The notes under the pieces were generated by a model that worked only from the letters and a program-made list of their open reading frames with translations, made no database searches and was not told the origin of the DNA. From Gekko japonicus (lineage: Eukaryota), in the NCBI RefSeq assembly GCF_001447785.1, contig NW_015173209.1:77520-141519 (forward strand): a stretch of 64,000 bases of DNA. Reading direction: 5' to 3'. The translations under genes and the position numbers were made by a program. This document shows, piece after piece, positions 36,938 to 50,799 of this stretch. Position 1 is the stretch's first letter. Each line of letters starts with the position of its first letter.

Positions 36938-38753
36938 TTCAAAGGAGCAGGGAAATAATCCTGAACAAATCCTCAATGCAATATTAAAGGTTAGGCTGTA
37001 GATCTTGCCACAACACTGCCACAATATACACTCATTTGTTATCTGTTAGTTAAGCAGACTTGGCTTAACTAACCTCTGTACAGCCTGTTTGCCAAATCCA
37101 AAAATGGATACGTATATATACCAGGACTCTTCTTTTGAACAATATTTCATTATTTGAAAAAAAATCAACTATCTTCTATCTCCAAGTTTAGGATCCATGC
37201 TGGAAAAGAAGTGAAAAGATATTGTGGCAAGTGCTGGTTGACCATGTATTTGTTATGTAAGTGGCACAGAATGGCTGGCTGGCTGATTCTTTCTCAATGA
37301 ATTCTAACATCAAGCACCTAACCCACACTTTTCCTGCCAATTCCATAGTCAGGATCTAACCAAGCCTTAGTATTAGGCTTATTTAAATGCCCAAATCCTC
37401 TAGAATGATATGAGTCGTACAAAAGAAGCCCTATCCTGTCTGAATCAATTGGAGAAGAACTCAACAATTTCCTGGGAATTATCAAAATGAACAGATAATC
37501 CCACCTTGCTCATTGGAAGGGCAGTCTGGGTGACCAGCTTTGCACAGCATAAACCTGCTGCTCTGGAGTATGACACAAACAGGTGTTCCATTTTCCCTTC
37601 TCATTGGTTAGCAGCTGGCTTGATTCCCACATCTGAAGGCCTTGCAATCTATTCCCAAGGGGAGTGGGTCCAAAATCTGCCCTTTCACAAAAGGCTTTGG
37701 ACTACATTTGTGTGGGGAAAATTTGCCCTCAGTTTGCTCTAATATCCACTGGCATCCAGAAGAGATACAAGGAAGGGATGCGTTTAAGTCCTATTGACTG
37801 ATTTCCAATGGAAAAAGAGAATGAAATTCCTTTTTTTTTTTTTACTCACATGTAGGATTAGATTTTAATGGATTAACAAAACATATCTGTTAAAAATAGC
37901 TCTTAAAATAATCTTAAATTAAATGTAATGCTAGCATAAAAGTATCAATCTTAGTTAGATTTTAAAAAAGAAGTTAAAAAGGGGTGAAGAAATTGCCTTT
38001 GAACATTACAGAACCACCAAAGAACCTCACATTTAAAGCTCCACACATCGATTGTTGTGGCAGTGTTTTCAAATATAATATACATTTTGTTCCATTTAAA
38101 TATAGTCTTTGTGATATTACCCTAATGGAGCTACTTTTACAAAACTGAGCTATTAGAATAGTAAGGGCACAATGTTATTATAAATGCTTTAGGATTTCTA
38201 CAGTATGTATGCTACTATCAGCACATCACTTTGTTTCAACATTTCCTTTCAAGTCAAACATGCTGAAATCTATCACTATTGTTATCTTATGAGCTTCTTA
38301 TTATCCTGAGCCAGAACTACACTGGCCACCATACAACCGTGAGTCAATCAGCAACCCATCAGTTTGCATTGCTATTTAGAGCTGAAAGACTTTCCTCCTC
38401 AATAATAAAGAATAAAGGCAATTATCTAGGACATATTTATGTAGCCTCATATTAAGTATCTAGTAAATTTATGAGCATAAACTGTGAGAATGTGTAATTC
38501 CTTTTTAGCAGTTTTAAAAGTCTTTTAAATGTATTCATTGCCATGGGTGACTGGGAACACATTCCAAACCAAATTAATTCTGGGGAACCCCAAGCACATG
38601 GATGGGACTTTTCCCCCCCCCTCCTCCTGCCTCTTGCTGCCATTCTCAAAGGAGTTTCAGGTATAGGTTTTTAATGTGTTTGAGAGGATGATACAGATGC
38701 ACATGTGTGGTCTTTACACCTGAATAGCAAGCTGTGAATGGGCCCATTTCCAA

Positions 38754-39250
38754 TATTTTATTTATTTATTTATTTAATTGTATTTATACCCCGCCCTCCC
38801 CGCGAATGGGCTCAGGGCGGCTCACATAAGACACTGAGTGCAATCAACATACAAAATATATATTACAATTTACAAAGTTAAAACAGATTAAAATCAATAC
38901 AATGGATGCACATATAAACTCCTCACTTGTTGCATAGCAGGGGGGAAGGCCGGGTGCTGAAAAGATGTTACCCAACCACCCTAACGGTCTCTCTCTGTAA
39001 AAGGGTGGTGGTACAAGTGGCCGTGGCGGCTCCTACTCACAAGCCTGGCGGAAGAGCTCCATCTTCCAGGCCCTGTGGAACTGTACAAGGTCCCGCAGGG
39101 CCCTGATCTCTTCCGGGAGCTCATTCCACCAGGTAGGAGCTGCCACTGAGAAAGACCTGGCCCTTGTTGCCGCAAGCTTGGCCTCCTTAGGGCCCGAGGT
39201 CACCAGCCGGCGTTGTGACCCCGACCGAAGTGCTCTTTGGGGAATATGGA
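38754..39250 (-). mobile_element. L2-clade LINE 3' fragment
   Basis: Same family as 33846-34372; (TTTA)n tail. Confidence 0.85.
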
Positions 39251-39769
39251 ACCTAGTTTTACACTGAAATATCCAAATGTAGATTCAGACCTTTGGCTTT
39301 TGCTCTGATGGCTTAGGTTTTACAGCTGAATAATGAAAAGCATCATATCTGGCTTAATACAACCACTTTACAATTTGAGGATTTGTGATAAAGTGACAGA
39401 GCTCCTATGCAAGCTGGGAGAGATGATACAGAAATGATATATATTAAACAAGGGGAGTAAAAAAAACCCGTAGGTGGTCAAAAGTAGCATCACTTGTTCA
39501 TTTAGTACCAAATACTACAATGGAATGTAAATACTACAGACTCCCATAAAACTGTTGAGAGAAATTTAAGAAGGCAGATGTTTAGAGGCAAGAATTAGAA
39601 CTCTGATGAATACTGGCAGGTGCGGTTTCCAGTATATCTGACATGCATAAGCACCATTTCAAAAATGAACCCCCTATATTTTCCATATTCCTTAGGACCA
39701 GTTCTGTTGCTCATTTTGTAATCAAGTCAAATGGAAGAGAGAGAGTGAGGGACAGCGGGATGTGATGAT

Positions 39770-39912
39770 GGGAAGAAGCTCATCAGGGTATAATGCCATA
39801 GACTCCGACCTCCAAAACAGCCATTTTCTCCAGGAGAATTGATCCTTGTAGTCTGGAGAGCAATTATAATTCCTGGCGATCTCCCGGTCCCACATGGACG
39901 TTAGCAACCTTC
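39770..39912. mobile_element. hAT MITE fragment (TAGGGTTGCCA family)
   Basis: cagccattttctccaggagaattgatc...gttagcaacct matches the 3' half of 55608-55826. Confidence 0.65.
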
Positions 39913-41779
39913 TTAGTGCTCTTATCTCTTTCATACACTGGCATGAAAATAGAGCCACAGGATCCAAGTTGCTTTAGTGGTGTTGCTCCATCTGCACCCC
40001 TTCCTCAGACAGGTGTTCCTGACCACAATGATGATGGTTCCCTGGAATCTCATTCTCCATCTTCTTCCCCAACATGAATTCCCTCATCAGTTCTTGGAGG
40101 ATTGATTCGAGTTTGCTTCACTCCTTCATGCCCCTGCATTGGGATCTAACATTTGTCTATCTGTGTGGCAAGTTTCCACCCCTTCCAGCCACTTACTCCT
40201 CCCCACCAGCCTGTCACTGCTTGGGCTACCAACCCTATCCCCTGCATTTCTTTGTTGTCAAAAAGCCAACAACCAGCCTTCTTGCAAAGGCTCCAAACAC
40301 ACATTGACAACATGTGTTCCTCTACAACCTTCTTCAAAGCCCACTTAGCCATGCAGGTAAGTCTTTCCAGTGGACCACATTTAGCTGCTTGGCCCTGGTC
40401 TGTAGTGAGGCAGTGAGAGTGACCTGGTATAGATACAGAATGTCAATGGTTTTTCAAGATGACAAAAGTATACTTCAGTGATTGTGAACTAAACACTTAG
40501 ATTGCTCATATTTTGCATCAGATTCCTTGCCTAATGTTCAATTCCACACATATTGCACACCCTCTATTAGTCAAAGCATTGCATTTGGTGAATGACATAA
40601 GGCAGCTTAGCAATACAAATCTACAGAGAGAATGATGCACAGAGGATATGAATGTTCTTCAGATTTTGTTTTCTTTTTCATAATTGCCTAAGGCCTACTG
40701 GAAGCTCTCTCACACACACACCAAACTGATGTATTCTTTGGAGATGGCATCTCAAGAGGGCATTTGGTTATGACAATATAAAGGTCCTTGACCCAATTCT
40801 TTTAGAAGCCACTGTTTCAGAGGACATTCTTATGATTTAAACTGGGTGAGTAGAAACGATAGATACAATCAGAATAAATGGAAATAGAGGAAGGCTCTTT
40901 GTGTGAGATAGATGACTGATGTAGCAATGACCTTTTGTGTGTGTGGGGTTATGTTCATTTATATTTTTGCTTAACTTTTGGCTTTCACCTTTCCAAAGTG
41001 GGTTTTAAAGATTCATAGCAATGCTTACAGCTTCTTTAGCCTTCTATCAAAATGGTACTTGGGCATAGTTTCAGTCCCTCCAGGGTAGTATACACTATAT
41101 GTAAGATAACCACAAAGCTTACACTTGAACAGTGTACAAGTCTTCCCTTTCTTTTTTATAGGCTCAGAATGGCTCCTCCTGATTGATGGAGCTTGTCCTT
41201 TTACAACTCATGAGATATAAGTAGTTCCCCCCCACTACATATAGCCCACATATTTCTTGTTCTCTGTATGAACAGAACCATTCCCACAAATCTTGTTTTC
41301 ATGAGAAAACAGCCAGCTAGTTTAAAGGGACAGCATTGGACTACATAATTATATCTGCATATTTGCATATATAATGATTTTAGGAGTTTGTTTCTGGGTG
41401 TTTTTTTTCCATGATAAAAAGTTTAATAACTATGCCACAAAGAGATTTGTGATTTGTGACTTACTGAGCTGATTGTAGCACCTCAACCAAGTACCAGCCA
41501 ATTGCTTTTCAGATAAAATTTTCAGATAAAAAAATTGGTGGCAGTCTTGTACTCTCTTAACTCCCATGGACTTCTCTGGGATTTAGACAGTCTATTTACA
41601 GGCAGGATTACACCTAAAATTTTCTTCTCAGTAAACATACTTGACCATCTCAAAAGCCTATGTTGGGGACCATGGGGCCTGCATGGACAAAAGCCATTTG
41701 GAACAAAGACTGTAGTATAAGAAGGATAATTGGGAGGGACTCGAATTAGCTGGATCCCACCAGCTGAATCTGAAAATCT

Positions 41780-42036
41780 GAAGATGATGATGATGATGAA
41801 GAAGAGTTCGTTTTTATAGCCTGCTTTTCTCTACCCCAAGGAGTCTCAAAGCAGCTTTCAATCGCCTTCTCTTCCTCTTCTCACAAAAGACATCTTGGGA
41901 GGTGAGTGGGGCTGAGAGAGTCCTGAGAGAACTGTCACTGGTCCAAGGTCACCCAGTAGGTTTCATGTGGAGGGGTGGGGAATCAAATCCAGTGCTTCAG
42001 ATTAGAGTCTGCTGCTCTTAACAACTACACTATGCT
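41780..42036 (-). mobile_element. Ther1/Squam3-type SINE
   Basis: A/B-box head, ctctctcagccccac core, (TCA/TCT)n tail. Confidence 0.8.
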
Positions 42037-42925
42037 ATAAAGATAATTTTATAGCTGGCTAGTACCATCTATAGCCCATCAAGTCAAATGTAGCCCACTA
42101 TCTGTATATATCCATTCCTGAATCCTGTTTCAGCAGTACCAGGCAGAAAACAAGAGGAGGCTCATAGTATACCACCATAGCTTTTTAGTGGCTTGGTGAA
42201 ACACAAATTGCCCATACCTGTTTATGTGACTGGAACTTATCTAAACAAATTTACATAAATTTACATAAGAAATAGAAGATGATATAAAATTGAATTTAAC
42301 TCACCCTTGAAGCAAGGTAGTCATACAATTTGCTCATTAAAATTTTAACTAATACCTTTATGAGCTGGATCAAACTTGCTGGGTTTTAATTATCTTGTTT
42401 ATACATTATATAAAGAAAAACTAGTGGGGTGTTGGGTTAGAGTGTTGGATTTGGACTGTGGAGATCTGAGATCAAGTCTCCTTTCAGGCCCCAAAGCTCA
42501 TTGATCAGTTATTCTTTCTTAGTCTAGACTTTTTCTGAGGTTTTTCTTGAGTTAGAAAATGGGATTCCTCTGCCTTTGTGTACCACCCTGAGTCCCCTGG
42601 AAGAAGGTGGAATAAAAATGTGAAGAACTGAATATCATAGATGTCACTATGACAATAATATTAAGTTATGATGATCGTAAGTAAGCTATGGGGAGAAAAT
42701 TCTATTTTGTTTTAAGAGAAATAGGACTGAGAAAGAATGGCAGTACAATCCTAAAAACACTTTCCTAGGAGCAGAGCTTTTTTTTTTTTTCTGGGGGAAT
42801 ACACTGGAACAAAGTTCCAGAAGCTCTTCAACAAAAATTTTCTTAAAATGTTTAAAAGGTCATGAGTTTTAAGTATGCAGATTGAAAACTTTATTTCCCT
42901 TTTGAGAATTCTGGCACCTCTTTTT

Positions 42926-42988
<63 letters not shown>

Positions 42989-42989
42989 A
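42926..42989. repeat. (AGAA)n microsatellite
   Basis: Perfect tetranucleotide run. Confidence 0.97.
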
Positions 42990-43161
42990 GCTCTGCCTAG
43001 GAGTAAGCCATATTGAATAGACCTGAATTGGCTTGCTTGGGATTGCTCTTTGAATGTATGGAATAGCAAAACCATCAATTCATGAGGTAGCCAAAGGAAG
43101 CCTTTGTGGATCAGAGGAAGATTTTATACTTGGCTAAGTGGAGTGGTGGGATGAAAATAAT

Positions 43162-44330
43162 TTTATTTATTTACAAAATCTGTATCCTATCTTCTGCCCT
43201 TAAAAGGTCCAACAAGATGGCTAACAATTTAAAACATACATGACAAAATCACATTTTAAAACCATTAAAATCAACCTTCCTCCCAAACACACATCATTAA
43301 AACAAACAATAGGATTAAAACATATTGGGGGAGGGAGAACAGTTCAAATACATACCAAGCATAAAAACATTAGTCAGAAAGGAGGGATTATTGAGGGAGT
43401 GTCAAACAAAGCAAAAAAGTCTTCATCCACTGGCGAAAGACAGCAACAGAAGAGGGCAGATGAATATCCCTGGGAGAGAGTTCCAGAGCTTTGGTGCCAG
43501 CCTGAGAAATCCCACTCTTGGGTTGCCATCTACCTGGTCTCAGAAGGTGAGATCATACAATGTGGATTTGTGTGGGTGTCAGTCCGATATAGAAAAAATC
43601 AGTTAGAAAAATCAGTCAGAATTGTTCAGTTAGTGAGTTCAGTCAGTGAGTGTTCTGATAGTTCTGTGTGGGATCTTAAAGAGTGCAGTATATATGTTTT
43701 CAAAAGTGAGACTCTAAAGATCTGGAAGGAAGTCAAAATTACCAAGAGCTTAGTCTGTGTGGCTGCCCATAGGAAAGCGTGATTCCTGTTAGTGTTGGAT
43801 CTGAGTGTCAAAAAAAAAGGACTGTGTGTGTTTGCCAGACATATTTACAAGTCCCTTATTCCCAAACAGTTACAGATAAATCACCCTCATATTTTGTTCT
43901 TATTTCAATAAATCATCTTTTGTTCAAGTTTATCCCATAATTCAGTTCTATCTTTCTTCAGGACCACATAGATCCCTGAAAAGCCCAGACTCTGAGTCAC
44001 ATTACCAGCAGCAAAGGAGAGAAGGTTTAGAATTCCTTAAATTCCTGGTGGCAGCAGAAACGACCCAGTTTACAAAAGTCAAGAACACATATAAAGTGAA
44101 AACTAGTCCTCCCAAAATAAGAACATAACTGTCAGGCAGGTTCATAAGGGAGTAGGCAGTACTTCAAGTATATTGGCCTTCAACCATATAGGACTTGGAA
44201 GGTCAAGAATGGCACCTTGAAATGTGCCTGGAAACAAGCTGGAAACCAGTTTAGGTAGGCCAAGATGGGACTGATATGGTCCTTATGGCCCATTCCAGTC
44301 AACACCCTAACTACAGTGTTCTGTACCAAC
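43162..44330 (-). mobile_element. L2 3' fragment interrupted by an LTR-like insert (about 43556-44130)
   Basis: L2-like sequence at 43162-43555 resumes near 44133 (aaggtcaagaatggcaccttgaa..gcctggaaac); insert has AATAAA and tggtggcagc. Confidence 0.55.
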
Positions 44331-44773
44331 TTTTGCATTACCTAGAACTCTTCATCTGGTTGAATGTTTAAAAAGTAAAACAGGGTGGGGGAGAAAAAGC
44401 ATATGCCTCTGGGATCATGAGATCAAGCCCTTATCTCATCATCATGGTCTGTAAAATCCTAAGGAGGATGCAGATATAAAATGGTGTTGGTGATGGACTG
44501 GGCCTTTGGCCTTCTGGGCGGAAGATGTAAGCAACTCCCACTGGAAATACAAAACCAGAACTTAACCCTAAATCTCAAACCCCAGGTGAGATACATAGAT
44601 CCTTTCAGAGGCTGAGAGCAGAGGAAGAACATGGTAGTCCTTGTAGTAACAATTTTGGAAATAATTTTTAGTTGATGCACAAGGAAACATTTCAGAAGAA
44701 GCCACAGCTCTTTCCTCCTTAGTACATTCATCATTCATTGGTTGTATCTTTTTTTCTCTTCTAGTTCGGAGAA

Positions 44774-45023
44774 GAGATACAGTTTGGTATAGTGGTTAAG
44801 AGCAGCAGACTCTAGTCTGGAGAACCAGGCTTGATTCCCCACTCCTTCACATAAAGCCAGCTGGTGACCTTGGGTCAGTCACAGCTCTCTCAGAGCTCTC
44901 TCAGCCCCACCTACCTCACAGGGTTTCTGTTATGGGGAGAGGAAGGGAAGGTGATTGTAAGCCACTCTGAGACTCCTTCAGGTACTGAAGGGTGAGGTAT
45001 AAAACCAACTCTTCTTCTTCTTC
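44774..45023 (+). mobile_element. Ther1/Squam3-type SINE
   Basis: cagtttggtatagtggttaag head; (TCT)n tail. Confidence 0.85.
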
Positions 45024-45180
45024 TCACTTCTGTCTCTGATCTGCTCTTGTCATTACTCTGTGTCACTTAGAAATTCCTAGATTTAAACTGTTTGACATTT
45101 GTGTTCCTGAATTGCTAGCTGTATATGTATATCTTTGAAAGGGAGAGGATGGATATCTTATGCCGTGGGTTCCAAACTGC

Positions 45181-45351
45181 GGGTGGATCTAACCAGCTTT
45201 TTCTCTCCATCTCACTCAATTCCTATCCTAACCCTGATCCTACACAACATTTGTCCATACAGATCCCATAATCCTCATATTATCTCCATGGGTCATCAAA
45301 CAGGCCTCTTCCTTAATCCCCCACAGCAGAAAAGCTGGTTGGATTCCACAC
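45181..45351. mobile_element. MITE, GGGTTGGATCCA-TIR family
   Basis: ggatctaaccagcttttt / aaaagctggttggattcc; TGC on both flanks. Confidence 0.6.
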
Positions 45352-45673
45352 TGCAACAAAAAATGGCTCATAAATTAATTGTATGAACTTTTCCTATCTA
45401 GCATCACAGATCTACCCCAACTTTATCAAATGATTTTTAAATACTATTATTACTACTATTTTGGTGAAATTAGTAGATATCTTTTTTTTTTAATCTTGGG
45501 CTCCTCAGAGGTTGTTCCTACTTTTATCAAATTAGGTGTATTCTTGAATTAACCCAGAGTCATAATGAGAAAAGGATAACCACTTTATTGAAAACACTAT
45601 AACATTTTGAATTGTGAGTTAAGTCCCTTATGTGTTATTTCAGCAATTTCTTTCCACGTATAAAGAAGGACAA

Positions 45674-46614
45674 ATGAGAGACGAAAATCAAGAAGATTAC
45701 AATGGAACTAGAGTGACAGAATTCATTCTTCTTGGATTCCCTGGTTCTCCACATGTTCAGACATTAATCTTCATGGTTTTCTTTATCATGTACATCTTGA
45801 CTGTTTTGGGGAATACATCCATCATCATCCTAGTGACAACTAGCAGCCGCCTCCATAGCCCCATGTATTTCTTCCTATGCAATCTCTCTTTCCTGGAAAT
45901 ATGGTACACAACAGCCTCGGTCCCCAAGATCCTTGCCATCTTCCTGGGGAGGAGCAGAACCATCTCTTTTGCTGGCTGTTTACTCCAAATGTATTTCATT
46001 TTCTCCTTTGGGTGTGCTGAAACATCCTGCTTGCTGTCATGGCTTATGACCGGTATTTGGCCATATGTTACCCTTTGCACTATCACACCATTATGGACAT
46101 GAACCTCTCTGGCAAGCTAGCAGGCGGTGCTTGGCTGGGTGGATTCCTTGTTGTTATTTTCCCATCCTACCTGATTACAAGGTTGTCCTTCTGTGGGTCC
46201 AATGTGATCAACAACTTCTTCTGTAACATTGATAACTGGGTAGTTCTCTCCTGCACTGACACATCTTTCCTTGAGAAGATTGTTTTTGTCACAGCCACAA
46301 TTGTCATCATAGGCTCCTGTGTGGTAACTCTACTTTCTTATATTTTCATTATTTCCACCATCATACGCATCCCTTCTAATGAAGGACGGAAGAAGGCTTT
46401 TTCCACATGCTCCTCCCATTTTGCAGTTGTGATCATTTGGTACGGTTCGACTGTCTTTCTTTTTGTCAAGCCTTCTAAACAAACAGCTTTAGAGGTGACC
46501 AAAATAGTGAGCATCTTCAATCTGATTGTGGTCCCGGTAATGAATCCTTTCATTTACACATTAAGAAACAAAGAGGTGAAAGATGTCTTGAGAAATAAAT
46601 TCCACAGGGTATGA
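45674..46614 (+). pseudogene. OR6F1-like: OR6F1-like olfactory receptor with a single 1-nt deletion frameshift near 46021
   Basis: MRDENQ...FGCAE then frame switch to ILLAVMAYDRY...NPFIYTLRNKEV; 941 nt = 942-1. Confidence 0.88.
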
Positions 46615-48004
46615 AATAGAGCACATATTGTTAATGTGTTGAATCCCATTCAAATCTGAATAACTTAAATACTAAGGTTTCAAACTGTCCAGGGTTGCTG
46701 TTTCTTTAAGAAAGTCCAAAGTAGTTTGAAAAATCTTCACTTCCCATGATGCAGGCACTAGCAGCGGGTGTATTCTCCTTATCATGCCACAAAAGATAAC
46801 CTCTGTCCTACAGCCTTTCCTTGTAAGTGGTTGAAAGTTTCAGGTTTTTTTAAATTACTTGTGCTTGTGAGCTCATAGAGTTGACCAAAGAATATGTTAG
46901 ATACCCTCTTTAGGATGCTCATCCACTTTCCCAATATATTCCAGAAACCCACGGTATCTCTTACAATCTATTCAGAACCTAGTGAATCCCAATCCTATTC
47001 ATTTGTTCATCATATGGCAGAGTTACACACAGAAAGCATATAATAATATAAAATGCATAGCTAAATTGACACGATGGGTATGAAGACTGGCTGGGTAATC
47101 CCCCTAAATAATAATATTAAAATTTTCAATTCACTCAATCCCAGTTCTAAAACCAAACCTAGTTAAATCTCAACTACCCCTAATAAAGCAGTTTGGATTA
47201 CTATGGACCACAGCCAATGGGGAGGAGGGACACACAAATTTGTTCTAAGAACCAGCTCATTTCATACTGCCCTTCTGCAGAGTTGAAGAATGGGACAGCA
47301 CCGAGGTGAAAGGCCTCCAAAGAGCAGAGGCACCTTTGCACACCAACTGCATTGGTATGCATGAGACAATATGTGGCCACCCCCACGCATGAGACAATAT
47401 GGGGCCAATATATGTGGCCAATATGTGACTACCCCCATGTACGACATGTGTCATCTTTAACTTTTTATGGGGGCATGACCAATAGTGACCACCCACAGAA
47501 TGAAGATGTAGGCAATAAATATGGATTGGATTAGGCTGTATTAAACATGGAGCTACTGAATCTAGTTATTATACTTATTAAAATCCACCCCTAATAATTC
47601 CAGTGTGTGGCCACTGTCTAAAAAGGCAACCTCTGAAGGCTGTCTTTGGCAGCCCCACCAGGTCTCAAACCTTGGCACAGCCAGTGCTGCCATCCCTCAC
47701 AATGAATTCTTGGGTGAATCGCTTGGGTGCATAATCTTGCAGAGCTCGTCCTTGATATAGATCTATCAATTGACAACAGACACTGAGACTCCATGTTGAC
47801 CCCCTTTGTCCCAGAACCATTTTTCCCTAGACCATTTGCCTATGAATATCTTGGTACTTGATAAGTGCTGAATCCCTGCTAGGCTGAACCTGCTGTCTGT
47901 CAGTCATCTGTCTAGTATCCTGAAAACCAGGGGTCCACATGTAGTCAACCAGCATGTACTGGAGTTCTGGAGGCCAGAATGGTGTGGGTGCAGAGGAGAA
48001 TGAT

Positions 48005-48356
48005 GAGGATGATCAGGGGTCTGTAGACCAAGCCCTATGAGGAAAAGCTGAGGGATTTGGGAATGCTCAGTTTGGAGAAGAGGAGGTGGGGGGGGCATGA
48101 TTATTCTCTTTAAATATTGGAAGGGCTGTCACTTCAAGGAGGTCAGGGAGCTGTTTCTCTTGGCAGCAGAGGGAGAACTCACAATAATAGGTTTAAATTA
48201 CAAATGGGAGGGACCGGCTAGATATTAGAAAAAAAACTTTTTTACACTAAGAGTTGTGCAACAGTGGAATCAGCTGCCCAGGGAAGTGGTGAGCTCCCCC
48301 TCACTGGCAGTCTTTAAGCAGCAGCTGGACAAACACTTGTCAGGGATGCTTTATGC
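48005..48356 (+). mobile_element. CR1 LINE ORF2 3' fragment
   Basis: ccctatgaggaaaagctgaggg...ggagaagaggagg...tggaatcagctgcccagggaagtggtg. Confidence 0.85.
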
Positions 48357-48660
48357 CAGGGGTGTCAAACATTTGGCCTGGGGGCCGGTTTCCATCAGGC
48401 CGGCAGTGGAACTGGCTGTCTTCTGCTTCTTCCAGTTATGCTGCTGCTGCATCATCATAGGTTTGCAACTTACAGTTACACACCTGAACAGCACACTCAA
48501 GATTGCAACAGCACAGACATTTTGATGCAATAATTCAGAGCATGAGGTATCAGTTATCAGACATTGTTAAATAAACAAAATATTGCAAGAGTGCTAATGT
48601 TTTAAGCATGTTTTTATTTTAAGTTTAAAAAATCCCATTGTGTTTGTGTCCTTTATAAAG
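48357..48660. mobile_element. hAT-like fragment
   Basis: CAGGGGTGTCAAAC terminus. Confidence 0.45.
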
Positions 48661-49599
48661 AATGAAGGGAAGACATACCAGTCTGCCTGCTGCCTAGTGG
48701 GATATTGCAGAACCTGCCTGCCAAATAGACACTGGTACCTGTTACAACTTCCTGCGTAGGCATGCTGACCCATACTGTATCTGGGATAGGATGGCCCACA
48801 AGCCAATCCCCAACTCACCTGGCTCTACCCCAAGGTATCTCCCTCTTGCTGAACTTGATTAGGGCACCAAAGACTCAGTCTTCACCCAATGCTATACCAA
48901 AATGGTACTTAGCTGGAATACATGAACATACAGCCTCATCTGAAACAGCTCCTAGCATGGCTTCTCCAATTTCCTAGAAGTTAGCTTGCAATGTTTCCAG
49001 TTTGTTCAGATATTAACACCTGCTCCAGTCTAGTCACAAATATATTTGGATTGGGCACTGTTTTGGTAACTTTTACAGGTGGACCCAGGTCCTCAGCCTC
49101 ATTTGTCTCCTTCTTTTCCAATTTCTGACCTTTCTGCAGAATCACTTCTACCCACAAGTTCCAGAATACTCTCTTTCGTCATCAAAATCTGAAGAAACTT
49201 TCAGTGGCTTGCATCAAGAATGATCATTCTTAATAAAATTGTATGTTCTGTCAGCAAAAGCCTTAAGGAAGTAATTCCTCTCCCAGATTGATCTTGGGAA
49301 AGGGGGTTGTGCTGGATTTTAGCAAAATCCCTAACAAGTAGCTCTAGGAATTGCCCAAAATGCTAAGGTAAAATCATAGAGTTTCCTGCAGTTCCTAGAG
49401 CTACCCTTTGGCACTTCCAAGTTGTAGCCAGAAGTGATGTAGCGACATCAATGATGTCACTGACACTGTGCCCACCCCCTTTGTTCCCTCCCCCAGCCCT
49501 CCTGCTGGTTGCCAGGGTTACTTGGCCTAGCAACCCTATTTACAGTCCCAGACACTTGCCCCATGTTCATCACTCAGTTCCACCTATATTATATAAATT

Positions 49600-50003
49600 C
49601 AGGGCTATTTTTGGGTAGGAACGCACAGGAATGGAGTTCTGGCTGGCTTCAGAGTTGGCCACGTCCACTACAGCCAAAACCTCTGGATGCATGGCTATAG
49701 AGGGAAGGCCTGGAGAGCGACCTCTCCCAGTGACTCCGAGGCGGGGAGGCCAGGGGGGCCCTGGAAGGATTGGGGAGGCATTTAAATGCCTCCCTGTGCC
49801 TCCCCGACCTGTCCAAGGGCAGGCTTGCCCAGGCTCCCCGCAGCCATGGGGCACCCAGGCAAGCCAAGGGAAGGCATGGAGTGTAGCCTGATATGCTAAT
49901 GAGCTGCGCCATCAGGGGTGTGGCCTAATATGCTAATGAATTTCTGCTGTTCGGTGTGGCCTGTTCTGCTAATAGGTTCCTGCTGGGCTTTTTCTACAAA
50001 AAA
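49600..50003. mobile_element. Non-autonomous hAT-like element (CAGGGCT TIR); right end displaced to about 51413-51426
   Basis: Left tataaatt|cagggctatttt; right aaaaaagccctg|tataaatc. Confidence 0.65.
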
Positions 50004-50077
50004 NNNNNNNNNNNNNNNNNNNNNNNNNNNNNNNNNNNNNNNNNNNNNNNNNNNNNNNNNNNNNNNNNNNNNNNNNN
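50004..50077. other. Assembly gap
   Basis: Run of N. Confidence 1.
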
Positions 50078-50186
50078 TAGGGAAACAACTCTAGCACCTG
50101 CCAGTCTACAGTAGGAGTTTCTTGTGGCCACACAGATATTTCCTCAGAGATCTATACAGGAGAGAACAGGTAAATGCAAGATCCTT

Positions 50187-50420
50187 GCCTTGACCTGGAT
50201 AGCCCAGGAAAGCCCGATCTCATCAGATCTCAGAAGCTAAGCAGGGCCAACCCTAGCAAGTACTTGGATGGGAGACCCCAGGGAATTCTACAGCTGGGCC
50301 ACAGAGGCAGGCAATAGCAAGCCACCTCTCTAAAATGTCCAAGCTCCGCTAGGGGTCACCAGAAGTCAACCATGACTCCCATGTACACACACAGAGACAC
50401 ACACACCCACACACACACAA
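50187..50420 (+). mobile_element. 5S rRNA-derived SINE (duplicate at 50909-51140)
   Basis: gcccgatctcatcagatctcagaagctaagcagggcc...agtacttggatgggagacc...gggaat matches the 5S internal control region; (CA)n tail. Confidence 0.82.
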
Positions 50421-50543
50421 ATACTCACAAAAAAAAATATAGAGGGAAGGCCTGGAGAGCGACCTCTCCCAGTACTCCAAGGCAGGTGGGCCGGGGGGGC
50501 TGAAAGGATCGGGAAGGCATTTAAATGGCTTCCGCGGCTGTCT

Positions 50544-50799
50544 NNNNNNNNNNNNNNNNNNNNNNNNNNNNNNNNNNNNNNNNNNNNNNNNNNNNNNNNN
50601 NNNNNNNNNNNNNNNNNNNNNNNNNNNNNNNNNNNNNNNNNNNNNNNNNNNNNNNNNNNNNNNNNNNNNNNNNNNNNNNNNNNNNNNNNNNNNNNNNNNN
50701 NNNNNNNNNNNNNNNNNNNNNNNNNNNNNNNNNNNNNNNNNNNNNNNNNNNNNNNNNNNNNNNNNNNNNNNNNNNNNNNNNNNNNNNNNNNNNNNNNNN
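50544..50799. other. Assembly gap
   Basis: Run of N. Confidence 1.

Noticed and set aside
43240-43782. 180-aa ORF
   Set aside because: Crosses the junction between an antisense L2 and an LTR-like insert
44774-44850. tRNA genes at SINE heads
   Set aside because: Only A/B boxes; no cloverleaf; continuous with the SINE body
50210-50295. 5S rRNA gene
   Set aside because: 5' end is not 5S, the sequence is diverged, and it continues into a SINE tail
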